In this document: positions 8,595-11,170 of the stretch, in pieces | How positions within the stretch are numbered: the first letter of the stretch is position 1 | Layout of the letters: each line of letters opens with the position of its first letter | Assembly (NCBI RefSeq): GCF_006345805.1 | Contig: NW_021827051.1 | Span: 1 to 11,170 of the forward strand | Length of the DNA stretch: 11,170 nt | Origin: Octopus sinensis | Lineage: Eukaryota | Direction: 5' to 3' | Program-made: the position numbers and the translations under genes | Notes under the pieces: model-generated | Seen by the model: the letters and a program-made list of their open reading frames with translations, nothing else | What the model was told of the DNA's origin: nothing | The model's database searches: none

Positions 8595-9140
8595 CATGGT
8601 GGCTGACCCCTCGTTATCGAGTATGGCCATTGCACGAAGTTTAATCAATGTTGTTATCGTGCAATGCCTATACAAGACTTTTTTTTAAAGTAAGAAAGAC
8701 TGTGCACTGAATCAATCTCACTCACTAAGCAACAGCAGTCATAATCCGAAAAGAAGAACAAGTCAACATCATCGGTAACCACTGAGCTGTAGGTTTTATG
8801 TCGGAGTTATTCCAGTTACCTGAGTTAGCATCTCCTAGAAGGATGCCCTAACAAAGGCTAGGAGTCCTTCACTCCCAATGATCGAGTATTAACCGCGCGA
8901 TCGAGTATTCAGCCCGATTATTTCTATATCCCCACGCATGATACAGCCTTAAGAGTTCCTCCGACTCTCAAGAGTTCCTCCGCCCTTTGATGGGTTTTGT
9001 TTTTCATCCTGCAGGGTGTCCAATAAACACCTCCTCACCAAGCAAGCTAGGTGGGGTTACCGGTTTAGTCGCCGACGACCCGACCATGCAACAGGTTGTA
9101 CTGGGTTACATGTTACCAGTAGCACTCGAAAGTGACCTAA
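8594..9140 (-). mobile_element. Non-coding RTE-like non-autonomous retroposon, ~550 bp
   Basis: An island of higher GC content with (CATA)n on both sides. On the minus strand it runs into (TATG)n. Its 5' part (ggcgactaaac, ggtgaggagg, aaaaacaaaacc) recalls RTE-clade 5' UTRs from memory. There is a 10-bp hairpin near the 3' end and no A/B boxes or credible ORF. Confidence 0.6.
9060..9117 (-). ncRNA. Candidate degenerate HDV-like ribozyme
   Basis: Elements occur in HDV order on the minus strand: ccagt(P2) aca(P3) acctgt(L3) tgc(P3') atggtc(P1') gg(P1.1') gtcgtcggcga(P4) ctaa(J4/2) accgg(P2'). P1, P2 and P3 contain mismatches. Confidence 0.45.
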
Positions 9141-9243
9141 CATACATACATACATACATAGATATATACATACATACGTACATACATACATACATACATA
9201 CATACATACATACATACATACCATACATACATACATACATACA
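9141..9243. repeat. (CATA)n microsatellite
   Basis: Directly visible. Confidence 0.95.
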
Positions 9244-9551
9244 CTGAAACGATACAGCCTCTGAAATCATTACTAAAAGCACTGGCATTGAGGAACTATG
9301 CCAAGTACTGAGCATCGATGTTGTGGACAGTTTTTGTTAATGCAAGTAGGTCAAAGTTCCCCCGAAGTCAGGTTTTAGTGACCACTCTTTTTCCAATGGA
9401 TCGCCCGAAGTTGAAGTTGTCGTAGAAAGCTATTCTGCGAATTAGTAAAGCTTTGCGTGCTGCTGAGCCTAAAAGTGAAGACAGAATCCAATCATCTAAT
9501 CTCTTTGCGTGCATTTTGGCCAAAATCTGATAGTAAACATTCAGCAAGGCC

Positions 9552-9812
9552 GTGGAGATGCGTGGCTTAGTGGATAGTGAGTGGGATGCATGATCTTTAG
9601 ATAACAGTTTCGATTCCTGGACCAGGTGACGCGTTGTATTCTTGAGCGAAATACTATATTTCACGTTGTTCCAGTCCATTCAGCAGGCAAAAATGAGTAT
9701 TCCTACCACGGACCGGCGTCCTGTCCAGGTGAGGCATTTATACGTCATGAAACCGGCAAGCCGGCCCTCATGAGTCGGTATGATTCGAGATGGTAATTTT
9801 ACCTTTACCTTT
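9552..9812 (+). mobile_element. tRNA-derived SINE related to family A (older subfamily)
   Basis: Starts gtggagatgcg, A box TGGCTTAGTGG at 9563-9573, B-box-like GTTTCGATTCC at 9607-9617. Contains ttcttgagcgaaatact and ggaccggcgtcctgtccagg, with a (TTTACC)n tail. Confidence 0.8.
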
Positions 9813-9813
9813 G

Positions 9814-9998
9814 CCAGGCAACGCGTTTTCTGGAGCAAAACACTGTTTGAGGTTTCTCCGGTCTAGTTACCTGGTAAAAACGTGTTATCCTGCGACGGGT
9901 TGGCTTTCCTTCAAGGGGTGAATATATGCGTCATGGAAACCGAGAAACGAACCCTATGAGTTTATAAGACTCGGAAAAGATTTTTATCCCATTTATCC
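9814..9998 (+). mobile_element. 5'-truncated, more diverged tandem copy of the 9552-9812 SINE
   Basis: ccaggcaacgcgttttctggagcaaaacact parallels ccaggtgacgcgttgtattcttgagcgaaatact, and tatatgcgtcatggaaaccg...ccctatgag parallels tatacgtcatgaaaccg...ccctcatgag. Confidence 0.65.
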
Positions 9999-10236
9999 TT
10001 CTTCAGACAGGACGGAAGTGTTGATGCTATTTCTTAGTTCGCGTATTTGTCCCCTTGCATAACCACCTCCTAGCTAACATCTTGGAATATTTTTCCTTTG
10101 CTGTTTTGAGAGACGTCTTCCATGATTGAAGCGAATGGGTCTGACATGCATCCTAAATCTCAAACCATCCAATCTATGCATGAAATCTTACAGTCAATCA
10201 TATTCCTGATGTTATGGTTATTATTACTGCTTTTGT

Positions 10237-10597
10237 GGAGGCGCAATGGCCCAGTGGTTAGGGCAGCGGACTCGCGGTTTCGATTCCCAAACCTGGCGTT
10301 GTGAGTGTTTATTGAGCGAAAACACCTAAAAGCTCCACGAGGCTCCGGCAGGGGATGGTGGTGATCCCTGCTGTACTCTTTCACCACAACTTTCTCTCAC
10401 TCTCACTTCCTGTTTCTGTTGTACCTGTATTTAAAGGGACCGGCCTGTGTCACGCTGAATATCCCCGAGAACTACGTTAAGAGTGCACGTGTCTGTGGAG
10501 TGCTCAGCCACTTACACGTTAATTTCACGAGCAGGCTGTTCCGTTGATTGGGATCAACCGGAACCCTCATCGTCGTAACCGACGGAGTGCTTCCACA
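10237..10597 (+). mobile_element. Family-A-headed SINE with a different 3' tail and a 15-bp TSD
   Basis: Head and body closely match 56-249. Perfect TSD TATTACTGCTTTTGT at 10222-10236 and 10598-10612. Confidence 0.92.
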
Positions 10598-11133
10598 TAT
10601 TACTGCTTTTGTTGCCGTTTTTGGTTTCGTTGTAATGCACATGTTGCTTCTGTCGAGTTGATGTTGTTGCTATGCTTGTGGCATTGATAATAATGTGACA
10701 CGAAACTGTCTTGACTCCTGTGGCAGGAGAACAAAAAAGGCTGTCAGGGGACAAGTGCTACCTCATGTGTGACATTTAGTCCTACTCTCAACTCTAACGT
10801 GCATCTGGGTGAGGTTTGGAGGAAATCTGTATTAAAAGGGATCTTGGGCAAATATTCCATTTGTACATGGATGAGAACTTCCACGCCATCTCCGAAAGTT
10901 CTTCTCATGCTATTTTTTTACATCGAGGCTTGACTTCCCCTATCATAACACATGATCTAGTCACATATTTCAAAAAATATATTTTATTTATGAGTTGGTT
11001 TATGTCTATCATTGTTTGAATTAGATAATAGTGGTTTTTCTCTAATTTATATATATTATAATTCATATTGTGAAATTTGATTTAATACTAAATTGAATTT
11101 TTCCTGTAAGTTGGAGAGTTATACTCCCTAATA

Positions 11134-11134
11134 T

Positions 11135-11165
<31 letters not shown>

Positions 11166-11170
11166 TATTA
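11134..11170. repeat. (TA)n microsatellite
   Basis: Directly visible. Confidence 0.9.

Noticed and set aside
9244-9550. Possible host exon in unique sequence, also considered at 8400-8490 and 10613-10990
   Set aside because: No recognisable protein motif and no convincing splice-site pair. RNA-seq or BLASTX would be needed.
1-11170. CRISPR array or prokaryotic operon
   Set aside because: No regularly spaced repeat-spacer structure and no gene-dense coding sequence. The window is eukaryotic repeat DNA.

Overview
Eukaryotic, AT-rich, repeat-dense non-coding DNA with no supportable host protein-coding gene. The tRNA-derived SINE families and the (TA)n/(TG)n/(CATA)n/(ATT)n microsatellite load resemble an octopus or other cephalopod genome; this is from recall and unverified. 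Most listed ORFs are microsatellite or SINE artefacts. The main structures are: (1) a ~2.4 kb minus-strand retroelement (3187-5593) that splits a SINE with a target-site duplication, encodes only a decayed ORF1/Gag-like CCHC zinc-knuckle protein with no RT or endonuclease, carries a nested SINE, and ends in a hairpin complementary to its own target; (2) a 389-bp non-autonomous Helitron (5647-6035); (3) a ~550-bp RTE-like non-autonomous element (8594-9140) embedded in (CATA)n, with a candidate degenerate HDV-like ribozyme at its 5' end; (4) about a dozen SINE copies or fragments from at least three families, including inverted pairs, tandem dimers and swapped tails.
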